DNA of 64,000 bases from Acidobacteriota bacterium. Its GTDB lineage: Bacteria > Acidobacteriota > Thermoanaerobaculia > UBA5066 > Gp7-AA6. This document shows positions 8,908-18,150 of this stretch, one piece after another (positions within the stretch are counted from its first letter, which is position 1; each line of letters starts with the position of its first letter). Location of the stretch: assembly GCA_046728075.1 (NCBI GenBank), contig JBKPDV010000032.1, forward strand, positions 3,790 to 67,789. Direction: 5' to 3'. A model generated the notes under the pieces. The model saw nothing but the letters and a program-made list of their open reading frames with translations. It did no database searches and was not told the origin of the DNA. The position numbers and the translations under genes were made by a program.

Positions 8908-11478
8908 TCAGTTCAGTCCGACACGGCGGCGCATCTCTTTGACCAGCGTGTCGAGGCGGCTTTCGATCTGCCGGAAGCGTGGATCGCTTCGCAAAGAATC
9001 GAGGAGCGGGCTTCGAGTGCCAAGAGGCCAGCCCCGCCAGCCCGCTTCGACAGCCTTCTCGAGCCAGCGGAAGGCCTCGTCCTTCTCTCCCCGCAAGGCA
9101 TGCACACAGGCCGTATCGAACGGCACGCTCCAGTCCTGATTGCCTTCTTCGGCGGCCCGTCGGTCCGTCGCGAGGCTCTCTTCCAGGAGCGCCTCCGCTT
9201 CGCCGCGCCGCCCGGTTCGAAGAAGCAGAAGCGCGAGATAAGTCTCGGCCCCCGCTCCCGAATTCCGAACTCCTTGCCGCACGCCTCGGAAGGTCGGGAG
9301 AAGCTGCTCGAAGAGTTGCTGAGCGCGCAGCGGGTTGCCGGTCACCAGTTCCGTGATCGCTGCGGCATTAAGCGCCGGGGGATCGTTCGGAACAAGCGTC
9401 ACGGCGGTGCGGGCTTGCCGCCGGGCTTCCTCGTCCCGCCGCTGCTGAAGGTAGAAGGAGATCAGGAACCAGTGTCCCTGGCCGAGCTCGGGCTGGAGCT
9501 CCAGACTTCGTTTCAGCCAGGGCTCGGCCTGCCTCGCATCGCCCAGCGCCTCGTAGATGCTGCCGACGATCCCGGACGCGACGCCGCCGGTGGGGTCGAG
9601 CTCGAACCCTCGGAGGCTCCAGCGCAGGGCCTCGTCCAGCCTTCCTATGTTTCGTAGCTCCGCGCCGATGGTGCGTACGGCCATCGCGTAATTCGGGTTG
9701 ATCTCGGCGGCTCTCCGGGTCGCGTCCAGCGATTCCCGGTATTTCCCCTTGACGTTGTAAGCGAGCCCGAGCGCACTGTACCCTTCGGCAAGGTCCGAAT
9801 TGAGAGCGATCGCCTTTCGGCTGACTTCCAGGCTCGTGTCCAGCCAGGATTCCGGGAACCCGAAGCGGTTCACTCGCTGCGCATAGGCGTCTCCCAGCCC
9901 CGCGTAGGCGAGCGCGAACGCCGGGTCCAACTCCAGCGCCTTTAGGAAGAGCTCGATCGCGGCTTCGTTGTCGGCCTTGCGGTAGCGGTTGTAGAGCTCC
10001 CGCCCCTTTAGATACAGATCGTACGCTGCGAGGTTTTGCGTCGGGCTCTGCTCGATCCGCTTCTTCTCCGCCGGGGACAGGGTCGCCTTCAGGGCCGCGG
10101 CGATCCGCTGGGCGACTTCGCTCTGGATCGCGAAGACGTCTTTGATCTCGCGGTCGTAGGTCTCGGCCCAGAGGTGCTCGTCGCTTCGGGCGTCGATGAG
10201 CTGGCTTACGATCCGGACCCGGTTGCCGGCCCGCCGCACGCTCCCCTCGAGAACCGTGACGACGCCGAGCTCCGAGGCGATGGTCTGGATCGGTTTCTGA
10301 CTTCCCTTGTAGCGCATCACGGAGGAGCGTGAGATGACCTTCAGGTCGCGGATCTTCGCGAGCTGGGTCAGGATGTCCTCGGTCATGCCGTCGGCGAAAA
10401 ATGCGTTCTCGGGATCGGGGCTCAGGTTCTGGAAAGGGAGCACGGCGATCGATTTGCGGTCGATCGAGCGCGCGCCCGGCGTCGCGGTCGGCCGAGCCGC
10501 TCTCCGCCAGAGAAGCACCCCACCGATGACGAGGAGGGCGGCCAGGAGGACTCCGATCGACACGAACAGACTCGCCCGCCGCTCGCGAGTTGCCGGGACC
10601 GGCTGCGCTCGGCCGCCAGGCCGTGAGACATCCGAGAGTGCCTCCAGATCGAACGCGATGTCGTGCGCCGAATGAAAGCGCTGCCCGGGCTCCTTTTCGA
10701 GGCAGTGGCGAACGATCCGGTCGAGTCCGGGAGAGATCTGGCGGTCCGCTGCCGGGAGATCCGGCGGATCCTTCGTGAGGATCGCGGAGAGCGTGTCGGC
10801 GGACGACTCCCCCTGGAAGGCGCGCTCGCCCGAGAGCATCTCGTAGAGAACCGCGCCGAAGGAAAAGATGTCCGAGCGGGGATCCGCGGGTTTTCCCCGG
10901 ACCTGTTCGGGAGACATGTAACCCAGGGTCCCCAGGACGACACCGGGTTCGGTCCCGGCCGTAGGCAGATCGCTCTCCGGGATCGTCCTTCCCTCCGGCT
11001 GCGTCAGTTTCGCCAGGCCAAAATCCAGGATCTTTGCGCGGCCGTCCCGAGTGACGAAGATGTTTTCGGGCTTCAGGTCCCGATGCACGATTCCCTTCTC
11101 ATGCGCCGCGGCGAGGCCCCTGGCGACCTGGACGGCGTACTGTGTGGCCTTGCGCGGCGGGAGGGCGCCGCCGGAGAGCCGCTCCCGCAGCGTCTCCCCT
11201 TCGAGCAGCTCCGAGACGACGTAGGGCGCCCCGTCCTGCACACCCGTGTCGTGAATGGCCAGGATATTGGGATGATTGAGGGTTCCCGCGGCCCTGGCCT
11301 CCTGCTCGAAACGGCGCAAACGGTCCGGCTCTTTCGAAAACGACTCGGGAAGAACCTTGACCGCGACCTCGCGTCCCAACCGCGGGTCTCTCGCCCTGTA
11401 GACCTCTCCCATCCCGCCCGCGCCGAGCGCGGAGATGATCTCGTAAGGACCGAGGCGGGTGCCTGCCGCAAACCTCAT
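8908..11478 (-). CDS. Ser/Thr protein kinase with TM segment, TolB_N-like domain and C-terminal TPR repeats
   Basis: The Hanks kinase motifs are present: LGAGGMGEVY, VAVKVLP, HRDLKPEN, DFGLAKL, and GTLGYMSPEQ. A TM helix (LFVSIGVLLAALLVIGGVLLW) follows, then a TolB_N-type 'IAVLPFQNLS...FADGMTEDILTQLAKIRDLKVISR' block, then TPR-like repeats. I take the start at the ATG at 11478 (MRFAAGTRLGPYEI). Confidence 0.85.
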   Translation of the reverse strand: MRFAAGTRLGPYEIISALGAGGMGEVYRARDPRLGREVAVKVLPESFSKEPDRLRRFEQEARAAGTLNHPNILAIHDTGVQDGAPYVVSELLEGETLRERLSGGALPPRKATQYAVQVARGLAAAHEKGIVHRDLKPENIFVTRDGRAKILDFGLAKLTQPEGRTIPESDLPTAGTEPGVVLGTLGYMSPEQVRGKPADPRSDIFSFGAVLYEMLSGERAFQGESSADTLSAILTKDPPDLPAADRQISPGLDRIVRHCLEKEPGQRFHSAHDIAFDLEALSDVSRPGGRAQPVPATRERRASLFVSIGVLLAALLVIGGVLLWRRAARPTATPGARSIDRKSIAVLPFQNLSPDPENAFFADGMTEDILTQLAKIRDLKVISRSSVMRYKGSQKPIQTIASELGVVTVLEGSVRRAGNRVRIVSQLIDARSDEHLWAETYDREIKDVFAIQSEVAQRIAAALKATLSPAEKKRIEQSPTQNLAAYDLYLKGRELYNRYRKADNEAAIELFLKALELDPAFALAYAGLGDAYAQRVNRFGFPESWLDTSLEVSRKAIALNSDLAEGYSALGLAYNVKGKYRESLDATRRAAEINPNYAMAVRTIGAELRNIGRLDEALRWSLRGFELDPTGGVASGIVGSIYEALGDARQAEPWLKRSLELQPELGQGHWFLISFYLQQRRDEEARRQARTAVTLVPNDPPALNAAAITELVTGNPLRAQQLFEQLLPTFRGVRQGVRNSGAGAETYLALLLLRTGRRGEAEALLEESLATDRRAAEEGNQDWSVPFDTACVHALRGEKDEAFRWLEKAVEAGWRGWPLGTRSPLLDSLRSDPRFRQIESRLDTLVKEMRRRVGLN

Positions 11479-11819
11479 GGTTGCCGTGGAGCTGGCGGAC
11501 CGCCCCACCTGCCCTCAGCGAGAGCGATCATCGACAAAAGGAAACCCCGTCGCGCTTATTCTCCCATGGTCCCGACCGAAGGCCATGAAGACTCTAACGT
11601 TTCGCGTCGTTCTCTCGAGGAATTATCGGTAGGACGATGTGGGGAAGGACGCCGGGCGTCATGGTAAACGGCGTTTTCCGCTACGACCCATCGGCGGTTG
11701 TCGTTCAAAGGCTCGCCGGTGTTGGGGCCGACGTCGAAGCGCGGGAAGTTCGAGAAGGAGATGTCCAGGCGGATCCGCCGGAACCCAACGACAGGCTTTC
11801 GAGCGAATCAGGATCGTGG

Positions 11820-14501
11820 TCACTTCTTCAGCTCTGCGGTCCAGTTCAGAATGACCGTCACGGGTGAGGACTCGGCCCCCTCCGTCGGAGTGTTGACGAG
11901 AAAGCGCTTGCCATCGGCCGAAACGGTATAGGGAATTATGGGAGCGCCAAAGACCCGAGGCTCGAAAAGTGGTTGGGGCTGTCCGGCCTGGAAGGTGGAG
12001 TTCGCCTGCACCGAAACAGCCATGAGCTTTCGGTCGGCGGCGATGTAGAAGATCTCCTTTCCATCGCGCCGCCACCGCGGAAAGCTTCCGCCGTCCGTTG
12101 AAACCTGCCATTTGCCGCCCGGATTCGGAAAGGCCTGCACGTACACCTCTCTGCGCCCGGACTCGTTGGAGGAATAGGCCATCCATCGGCCGTCCGGGGA
12201 GAATTGGCCCTGACCTTCGTTGAACTCGGTCCGAAGAAACGGAACCGGTTTGCGATCGCCGAAAAGCGGCAAGACCCAAAGATCCGTTCCCGTCTTCGGA
12301 TCCTGGTCCTCGAAGGCAATGAACCGGCCGTCGGGAGACCAGTCCACGCTGTATTTTGCATTTTCGGATCCGAGCACCAGCTCCTCCCTGCCCGCCCCGG
12401 TCGAGATCTGTTGATACAAGCTGCTCGTGCCGTCTCGATCGGAGGCGAAGACAATTCGATCGCCGTCAGGCGACCAGACGGGAAACGCTTGATTGGACGA
12501 ACCGAATGTCAGTCGCGAGACGGTCGAGCGCGCGAGGTCGACCAGCCAGATATCGTCGGCCCCCGTCTGCGAATCGCGACGTTGCACCGCGACGCGCTTT
12601 CCATCCGGCGAGAGAGTCGGGCGCATGTACAAGCCGGGCCCGGCGGCCGATCCGATCCGGTTTCCCGCTCGATCGAACCAGACGAGCTCGCTCGTCGGCA
12701 GCCCGCCGACGCCTCCACTGCGATAGGCGAGCACGCCGTTGTCCGAGACAGTCAATGTATTCCGCCCGTTGGAGGGGTTGTGCGCCACGTCTTCCGCGAC
12801 GCGGATCGGCTCGCCTGTGAGCCGCAGCCGATTCGGATCGAACCGCTGAGCCATCAAGGTCCCCTGTTGCATGAAGAGGAGATAGCCCGGCGGCGTAAAC
12901 AAGGCCCTCACTTCCGTCTTGAGCACGAGCTTTGCGTCTGGGGAATCGAGCGAACGGACGTAAATGCCGCGGTTCTCCCGTAGGCCGCTCAAGACGAGAT
13001 AGAGGAAGTGGCGGCCGTCAGGCAGGAACTGAGGCCAGTAGTGGGCGGTTTCCCGCCGCCGTCGGTCGAGCGCAGTCAAGCTGGCCGATGGTCCGCCCGT
13101 CGCGGAAACACGAGTCAGCGCACTCTCCCGGTTCGGCGAGAAGACAATGACCCCCTCCCGGCTCCAGGCGCCGCCGTTGCCTGAAGGTGCGTCGCACAAT
13201 GTTTGAGGGGACCCGCCGGAAACGTCGATCCTCCTCAACTTTCCCTGCGCGAAAAAGCCGATGAAACGGCTGTCCGGAGACCAGAAGGGGAAGATGGCGC
13301 CTTCGGTTCCGGCCAGCTTACGCGCGGCGAGCGAATCGAGTGGGCGGATCCAGAGGTGTGTCTTCTGATCCGACGCCGTTGTGGTAAGGACCAAGTAACG
13401 GCCGTCCGGTGACACGGCAACCTGAGGGGCCGATGGCCCAAATGCAATCGTCGTCTCCTCCGGTGGGAAGACGAAGAAACGCATCGGCCGCGCCTCCACG
13501 GTTGTTTGTCGAAAATGAACGACCGCGAAAAAAATCGCGGCAAGCAGACAGACGCCCGCGACCACCCAGGCGACGCGCTCCCGGCTCTTGCGTCGGGCGA
13601 TCACCGGCGCCGGCAGGCCGGCTTGTGATCCTCCCTCGGCGATCCACTTGAGCTCCTCTGCGACGTCGTGGGTAGACTGCCAGCGCGCGTCCGGGTCCTT
13701 CGCGAGGCAGGTCTTGACGACTCGATCGAGGGCCGGAGGGCTCATCGGCTGGAGAGAGGAGATCGGCGGGGGATCCGAGGACATGATGGCGGAGATCAAC
13801 GAGGCCTGGCTCTTACCGCTGAAGGCCTTGTTCCCCGTCGCCATCTCGTAGAGCACCGCCCCCAGCGCGAAGATGTCCGTCCGTGCGTCCGCCTCGCTCC
13901 CCTCCAGCTGCTCGGGAGCCATGTACTGGACGGTGCCGAGAATCGTTCCCTCTCTCGTCAAGGGAGTGCTCCCCGCTGCCGTCGCGAGCGCGGTCAGGCT
14001 CGATTGGTTGGAGACTGGCGCCATCGCCTTCGCGAGGCCGAAGTCGAGAAGCTTGACGCCGGACTTCGTCAGCATGATGTTGCCGGGCTTCAGGTCCCGG
14101 TGGACGATCCCCTGGCGGTGCGCGCGATCGAGCGCGTCGGCAATCTCGATTCCATAACGTAACGTCTGGTCGAGAGGCAGCGGACTCTTCGCAAGACGAC
14201 CGGCCAGCGTCTCTCCCTCTAAATACTCCATGACGAGATACTCGACCCCGTCCTGATTGCCCACGTCATAGAGGGCGCAAATATGCGGGTGAGACAATGC
14301 AGATATTGTTTTCGCCTCCCGCTCGAAGCGCTGGCGGACCTCGGGAGAAGAAGAGAGATGGGAGGGAAGCACCTTGATCGCCACCGTCCTCTCCAGCCGG
14401 GTGTCCCGCGCCTTCCAAACCTCACCCATACCTCCGGCACCGAGGGGCGAGACGATCTCGTAAGGACCCAACCGAGCGCCCGCCGCGATCGTCATCTCCA
14501 C
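11820..14501 (-). CDS. Ser/Thr protein kinase with C-terminal TolB/PD40-like beta-propeller (subfamily A)
   Basis: It carries the kinase motifs GAGGMGEVWKARD, HRDLKPGN and DFGLAKA, then a TM segment and repeated 'SPDGR' PD40-type blades. The 5' 300 nt is near-identical to the genes at 40556 and 43339. Confidence 0.9.
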   Translation of the reverse strand: MEMTIAAGARLGPYEIVSPLGAGGMGEVWKARDTRLERTVAIKVLPSHLSSSPEVRQRFEREAKTISALSHPHICALYDVGNQDGVEYLVMEYLEGETLAGRLAKSPLPLDQTLRYGIEIADALDRAHRQGIVHRDLKPGNIMLTKSGVKLLDFGLAKAMAPVSNQSSLTALATAAGSTPLTREGTILGTVQYMAPEQLEGSEADARTDIFALGAVLYEMATGNKAFSGKSQASLISAIMSSDPPPISSLQPMSPPALDRVVKTCLAKDPDARWQSTHDVAEELKWIAEGGSQAGLPAPVIARRKSRERVAWVVAGVCLLAAIFFAVVHFRQTTVEARPMRFFVFPPEETTIAFGPSAPQVAVSPDGRYLVLTTTASDQKTHLWIRPLDSLAARKLAGTEGAIFPFWSPDSRFIGFFAQGKLRRIDVSGGSPQTLCDAPSGNGGAWSREGVIVFSPNRESALTRVSATGGPSASLTALDRRRRETAHYWPQFLPDGRHFLYLVLSGLRENRGIYVRSLDSPDAKLVLKTEVRALFTPPGYLLFMQQGTLMAQRFDPNRLRLTGEPIRVAEDVAHNPSNGRNTLTVSDNGVLAYRSGGVGGLPTSELVWFDRAGNRIGSAAGPGLYMRPTLSPDGKRVAVQRRDSQTGADDIWLVDLARSTVSRLTFGSSNQAFPVWSPDGDRIVFASDRDGTSSLYQQISTGAGREELVLGSENAKYSVDWSPDGRFIAFEDQDPKTGTDLWVLPLFGDRKPVPFLRTEFNEGQGQFSPDGRWMAYSSNESGRREVYVQAFPNPGGKWQVSTDGGSFPRWRRDGKEIFYIAADRKLMAVSVQANSTFQAGQPQPLFEPRVFGAPIIPYTVSADGKRFLVNTPTEGAESSPVTVILNWTAELKK

Positions 14502-14543
14502 TTCACCCGATCACACGATCGCACGGTTTCCTGATCACGGTTG
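14502..14543 (-). promoter_or_regulatory. Conserved kinase leader ('GATCGGGTGAAGTGGAG' + ATG) between GH127 stop and kinase start
   Basis: The same ATCGGGTGAAGTG(A/G)AG-ATG block precedes the kinases at 43189 and 57070, and a related catcgg(t/g)t repeat precedes the kinase at 46002. It is a 42-nt spacer. Confidence 0.35.
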
Positions 14544-16490
14544 TCACGCGCCGCCTTCCGGACGCACTCTCCAGTACACCGCGTAGCGCTGGCCGAAGAG
14601 TCGATGGAGCGGTATCAGTGAAAGATTCTGCTGTTGTCCCTTCGTGTGAAAGGTCAGCGGCGCGGCGGGATCGGGCTCGATCCAGCCGAGAGAGTTCTTC
14701 GCGTCTGCCCGAATGTCTGCGACCGCGACGGGATCTCCCTTGAGCTCGCAGTCGTAGCCGCCGTAAGTCATCTCTCGGGTCAAGCCCTGCGCGCCCAGGC
14801 GGCCGGCGAGGACGAGAGGCCCGAAGCGGACCGCCTGAAGACCCGCGTCGTCGGGCATGGGCTCGATCGCGAGGCTCATGGGCATCGCGAGCTCCACTTT
14901 GTCTCCCGTCTTCCATTCCCTGTCGATCACGAGGTAGCTCGACGGGCTCGCGAAGGCCGGGAGCCTCGAGCCGTTGACCGCCACCGAGCCGCCACGCGCG
15001 GCCCACCACGGAACGCGAAGCCTGAGTTGCACTGAGACCGGCCGATCGGCCTGGAAGAGAAGAGTCGTACGCGCTTCCTCCGGAAAACGAGTCTCCTGCC
15101 GGAGGCGCAAGCCCTTCTCCGGCCACGTCAGCTCCGAGGCGATCATCTGGTTGACGAAGAGACTCTCGTCGTCGTGGAAATAGATCGAGTCGGCGAGCTT
15201 CGAGAATTCCTCGACACCCGTCCCCGTGCAGCACCAGAAGGCGTCGAGAGGTCTTCCGTAGAACTTCCAGTATCCCGAGGCCAGCGGGTAGTAGTACATC
15301 CGCGTCCCGTCCTCGGGATTCTGCGTTCCCATCCGGCTATTCCAGAACGTCCGCTCGTAATAGTCGGCGGCTCGGGGATCGCCGCTCCACGCGAGGATAT
15401 GGCGGGTCAGCTTCAGCATGTTGTAGGCGCAGCAACATTCGGCGGTCGAGGACGACAGCTCCGTCGAAAGCACTCCCGGCGGGGTGCGCCAGCCTTCGCC
15501 GTTCGAGGTGTTGCCGGTGCAGTAGCTGCGCTCGGACACGACCTCGCGCCAGAAGTACTCGGCGATGTCGCGGTAACGCTTGTCCCCCGTCAGCTCGTAG
15601 CGGCGGGCGGCGCCGATGACCTTCGGGATCTGGGTGTTGACGTGCAGGCCCTTGAGCTCATCGCGCCGCGCGGCGAGCGGCTCGAAGAACGCGGGATGAT
15701 CGAACCGGTGAGCGAGGTGGAGGTACTCCTCCTTGCCCGTCAGCGCGAACAGATCGTAAAGCGCCTCGTTCATGCCGCCGAACTCGACCGTCAGGATGCG
15801 GTCCATCTGGGCGTCGGAGAGACCCTTGGTCCAGGTGCGCACCCAGCCCGCGATTCCCTCGGCCGTCTGGAGCGCCTCGGCGTCGCCGCAATGGCGAAAG
15901 ACTTCCAGGTGCCCCGCGAGGATCTTGTGGAGTGTGTAGAAAGGAGCCCAGACCTTGGCGCCGCGGCGAAGACGATCGAAGAGCTCCTCGGGGAACGCGG
16001 AGAGGTAGCCCGTCCCCGAGGCCTTCTGGCACTTCGCGAGCTCGGCGACCATGGTGCTCGCCCTCGACCGGAAGACCTCCTCACCGGTGCTGGCGTAAGA
16101 GAGCGCGCAGGCCGACAGGTAATGCCCGGTGAAGTGGCCCCGCAGCTCGCAGTCCGGCTTTTCCCAACCGCCCACCGGCTGCGCCGTCGAAGGCAGGCCG
16201 GCGTTGACGCGAAACGTATGGAGCAATCGGTCCTCAGGCAATGAGAGCAGGTACTGCTGGTTGCGCGTTTGAACGTCGCGCACGGGTCCGGGCAGGAGTC
16301 GTGTTCGCTCCAAAGGAAACGGCGGACAGGGTCCATCGAAGAGCGTTCGCGCTTCGCGCGATAGAGCCGCTGTCGAGGCCTTCGCGGACTTGCCGGCGGC
16401 CAGGGCTGCCAGCGCGCAAGCGGCCGAGCCGAGAAAGCCGCGGCGCGTCCAGGAGCGAGACTCGAAAGGGCCGCCTGCCGGGATCGCCAC
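14544..16490 (-). CDS. Glycoside hydrolase family 127-like (DUF1680, beta-L-arabinofuranosidase-like) with Tat signal
   Basis: 648 aa. It has a twin-arginine signal (TRRGFLGSAACALAALAAG), and its size and Cys/His-rich core (HFTGHYLSACAL..., CCAYNMLKL, WCCTGTG) are consistent with GH127. Confidence 0.6.
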   Translation of the reverse strand: MAIPAGGPFESRSWTRRGFLGSAACALAALAAGKSAKASTAALSREARTLFDGPCPPFPLERTRLLPGPVRDVQTRNQQYLLSLPEDRLLHTFRVNAGLPSTAQPVGGWEKPDCELRGHFTGHYLSACALSYASTGEEVFRSRASTMVAELAKCQKASGTGYLSAFPEELFDRLRRGAKVWAPFYTLHKILAGHLEVFRHCGDAEALQTAEGIAGWVRTWTKGLSDAQMDRILTVEFGGMNEALYDLFALTGKEEYLHLAHRFDHPAFFEPLAARRDELKGLHVNTQIPKVIGAARRYELTGDKRYRDIAEYFWREVVSERSYCTGNTSNGEGWRTPPGVLSTELSSSTAECCCAYNMLKLTRHILAWSGDPRAADYYERTFWNSRMGTQNPEDGTRMYYYPLASGYWKFYGRPLDAFWCCTGTGVEEFSKLADSIYFHDDESLFVNQMIASELTWPEKGLRLRQETRFPEEARTTLLFQADRPVSVQLRLRVPWWAARGGSVAVNGSRLPAFASPSSYLVIDREWKTGDKVELAMPMSLAIEPMPDDAGLQAVRFGPLVLAGRLGAQGLTREMTYGGYDCELKGDPVAVADIRADAKNSLGWIEPDPAAPLTFHTKGQQQNLSLIPLHRLFGQRYAVYWRVRPEGGA

Positions 16491-16510
16491 GCCAGTTCTC
16501 GAAGACCCTT

Positions 16511-18127
16511 TTATCGCAGGGCGGAGGCGACTCGCTGCTCGACCTCGCGCCGTTCGGGCAGGTCCGGATCCGCTTTGTTCCAGTTTTTCGCTAGATCGGA
16601 ATAGGCCTCCCGCGCCGCGGCGGCGTCGCCGGACTGCGAGGCGGATCGGGCGAGGCCCAGCAGCGACAGCGACCGGCCGGGGGTCTTGGCGAGCGCTGTC
16701 TCGAACTCCTTTCGAGAGTCGGCGAAGCGCTTTGCTCCGAGCAACAGCTCGCCGGCGAACTCGTGAGCCGGCTTGACGACGGCCGGCGGGCCGAAGTCGA
16801 AGGTGAGCGCATCCTCGGCGGCGGTCGCCTCGCGCGCGAGAGCCAGGGCGCGCTCCGTCTCCCCTTTCGCGGAGAGAATGGCGGCTTCGAGCTCTTTTGC
16901 CATGACCACGTCGCTCCCACTCGATCGGTGTCGCATGTACGACATTCGCGTAGAATCGTGCCCCGCTTCCGCATTGGCCTTCACAGTCGCCTGGAGATCG
17001 GCGAGAGCGTTCTCCGCCGCCGGCCGGTCGCGACGCGCGAGCGCTCGCGTGCCTTCGACATAAAGCGTCAGACCCTTCTGCGCCAAGTCACCGGCGTCGA
17101 CCGGCGAGCTCGAATCGAAGGCGTTCCATTGGCGCGTCTCGATGAGATAGGCCGCGCGCATCATCGCCAGATGAGAGCGGGCGGTCGTCGACTTCGAGGC
17201 CGCGGCGTCCCTTTCCATCAGACCGAGATCACGGCGGGCCTCGGCGTAGCGCCCCAGCTCCATGTTCGCGTACTCCAGCCAAAAGAGAGCGTGGTAGCTG
17301 TGATCGTCCGGACCGAGTTTCTTGCGCTCGGCGCGGTCGACCGACGCCTTCCAGGCCGCTTCGTTGGATGTCGCAGCCTCATTCCACATGCCGGACGCGA
17401 AGAAGATGTGCGACGGCATGTGCAGCGCATGGCCTGCGGCCGGCGCGATCTTCGCGTAGACACGCGCGACTCGCATTCCGAGCGGAGCATGCACGGGATC
17501 GTCGTAGCAGTGGATCAGGTAGTGAACGGCGCCCGGATGAAGCGAGTTCTTCGCGAAGACCTCCTCGGCGATGGCCGCCGCTTTCATAAAGGTCGCGTAG
17601 TCCCGCTTTCCCTCGGTCGTACCCAGAAGCGAGAGCGCATAGAAAGCCGCGGCGTCGAGATCTTGAGGGAATTTCTCATGGAGACGCTTCATCGCGTCGG
17701 CGTAGGCGAGGTCGCGATCCGCCTTTTCTCCTTCGGCGTAGAGCGCCTCGACGGCGTCGAGATATCCCTTCTCCCGATCCGTCGGAGCCTTCGCGCGCCG
17801 CGCCTCGGGCGTCGGACCGAGCCGCTTCAGGGCTTCGATCGCCGCCTCGCGATTCCGTTCCATCCAGAGCGGATGGTTGTGCGTCATGGCCTCGCCCCAG
17901 TACGCCATGGCAAAGGCCGGCTCGATCTTCTGGGCTGCTCGGAACTCGTCCGCCGCATCGTCGAACTCGAAGCTGTGGAGCAGGAGCGCCCCCCGCAGGA
18001 AATGCTTCTGCGCCTCCGCCGAGCCCGACGTCGGAAAGTCGATGCGTCCGAGGTCGCCGCTCTGCGCGGCGAGAAGGGGTCCGAAGAGAAAAGTAATCAG
18101 GAAGGAAAGCAACCGAGCGGTTCGCAT
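16511..18127 (-). CDS. Secreted TPR-like repeat protein (hypothetical)
   Basis: The start is at 'MRTARLLSFLITFLFGPLLAAQS' (signal peptide). The 5' extension of the track ORF to 18610 is Arg-rich junk. The body is helical repeats and 538 aa. Confidence 0.5.
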   Translation of the reverse strand: MRTARLLSFLITFLFGPLLAAQSGDLGRIDFPTSGSAEAQKHFLRGALLLHSFEFDDAADEFRAAQKIEPAFAMAYWGEAMTHNHPLWMERNREAAIEALKRLGPTPEARRAKAPTDREKGYLDAVEALYAEGEKADRDLAYADAMKRLHEKFPQDLDAAAFYALSLLGTTEGKRDYATFMKAAAIAEEVFAKNSLHPGAVHYLIHCYDDPVHAPLGMRVARVYAKIAPAAGHALHMPSHIFFASGMWNEAATSNEAAWKASVDRAERKKLGPDDHSYHALFWLEYANMELGRYAEARRDLGLMERDAAASKSTTARSHLAMMRAAYLIETRQWNAFDSSSPVDAGDLAQKGLTLYVEGTRALARRDRPAAENALADLQATVKANAEAGHDSTRMSYMRHRSSGSDVVMAKELEAAILSAKGETERALALAREATAAEDALTFDFGPPAVVKPAHEFAGELLLGAKRFADSRKEFETALAKTPGRSLSLLGLARSASQSGDAAAAREAYSDLAKNWNKADPDLPERREVEQRVASALR

Positions 18128-18150
18128 GCGTCCAATATACTTCCGCCGTT

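Noticed and set aside
11479-11819. 342-bp intergenic region between two kinases as a possible ncRNA
   Set aside because: It has only a short gacgcc-gg-ggcgtc hairpin and no conserved-looking structure or repeat. It most likely holds the promoter and 5' UTR for the 8908-11478 kinase.
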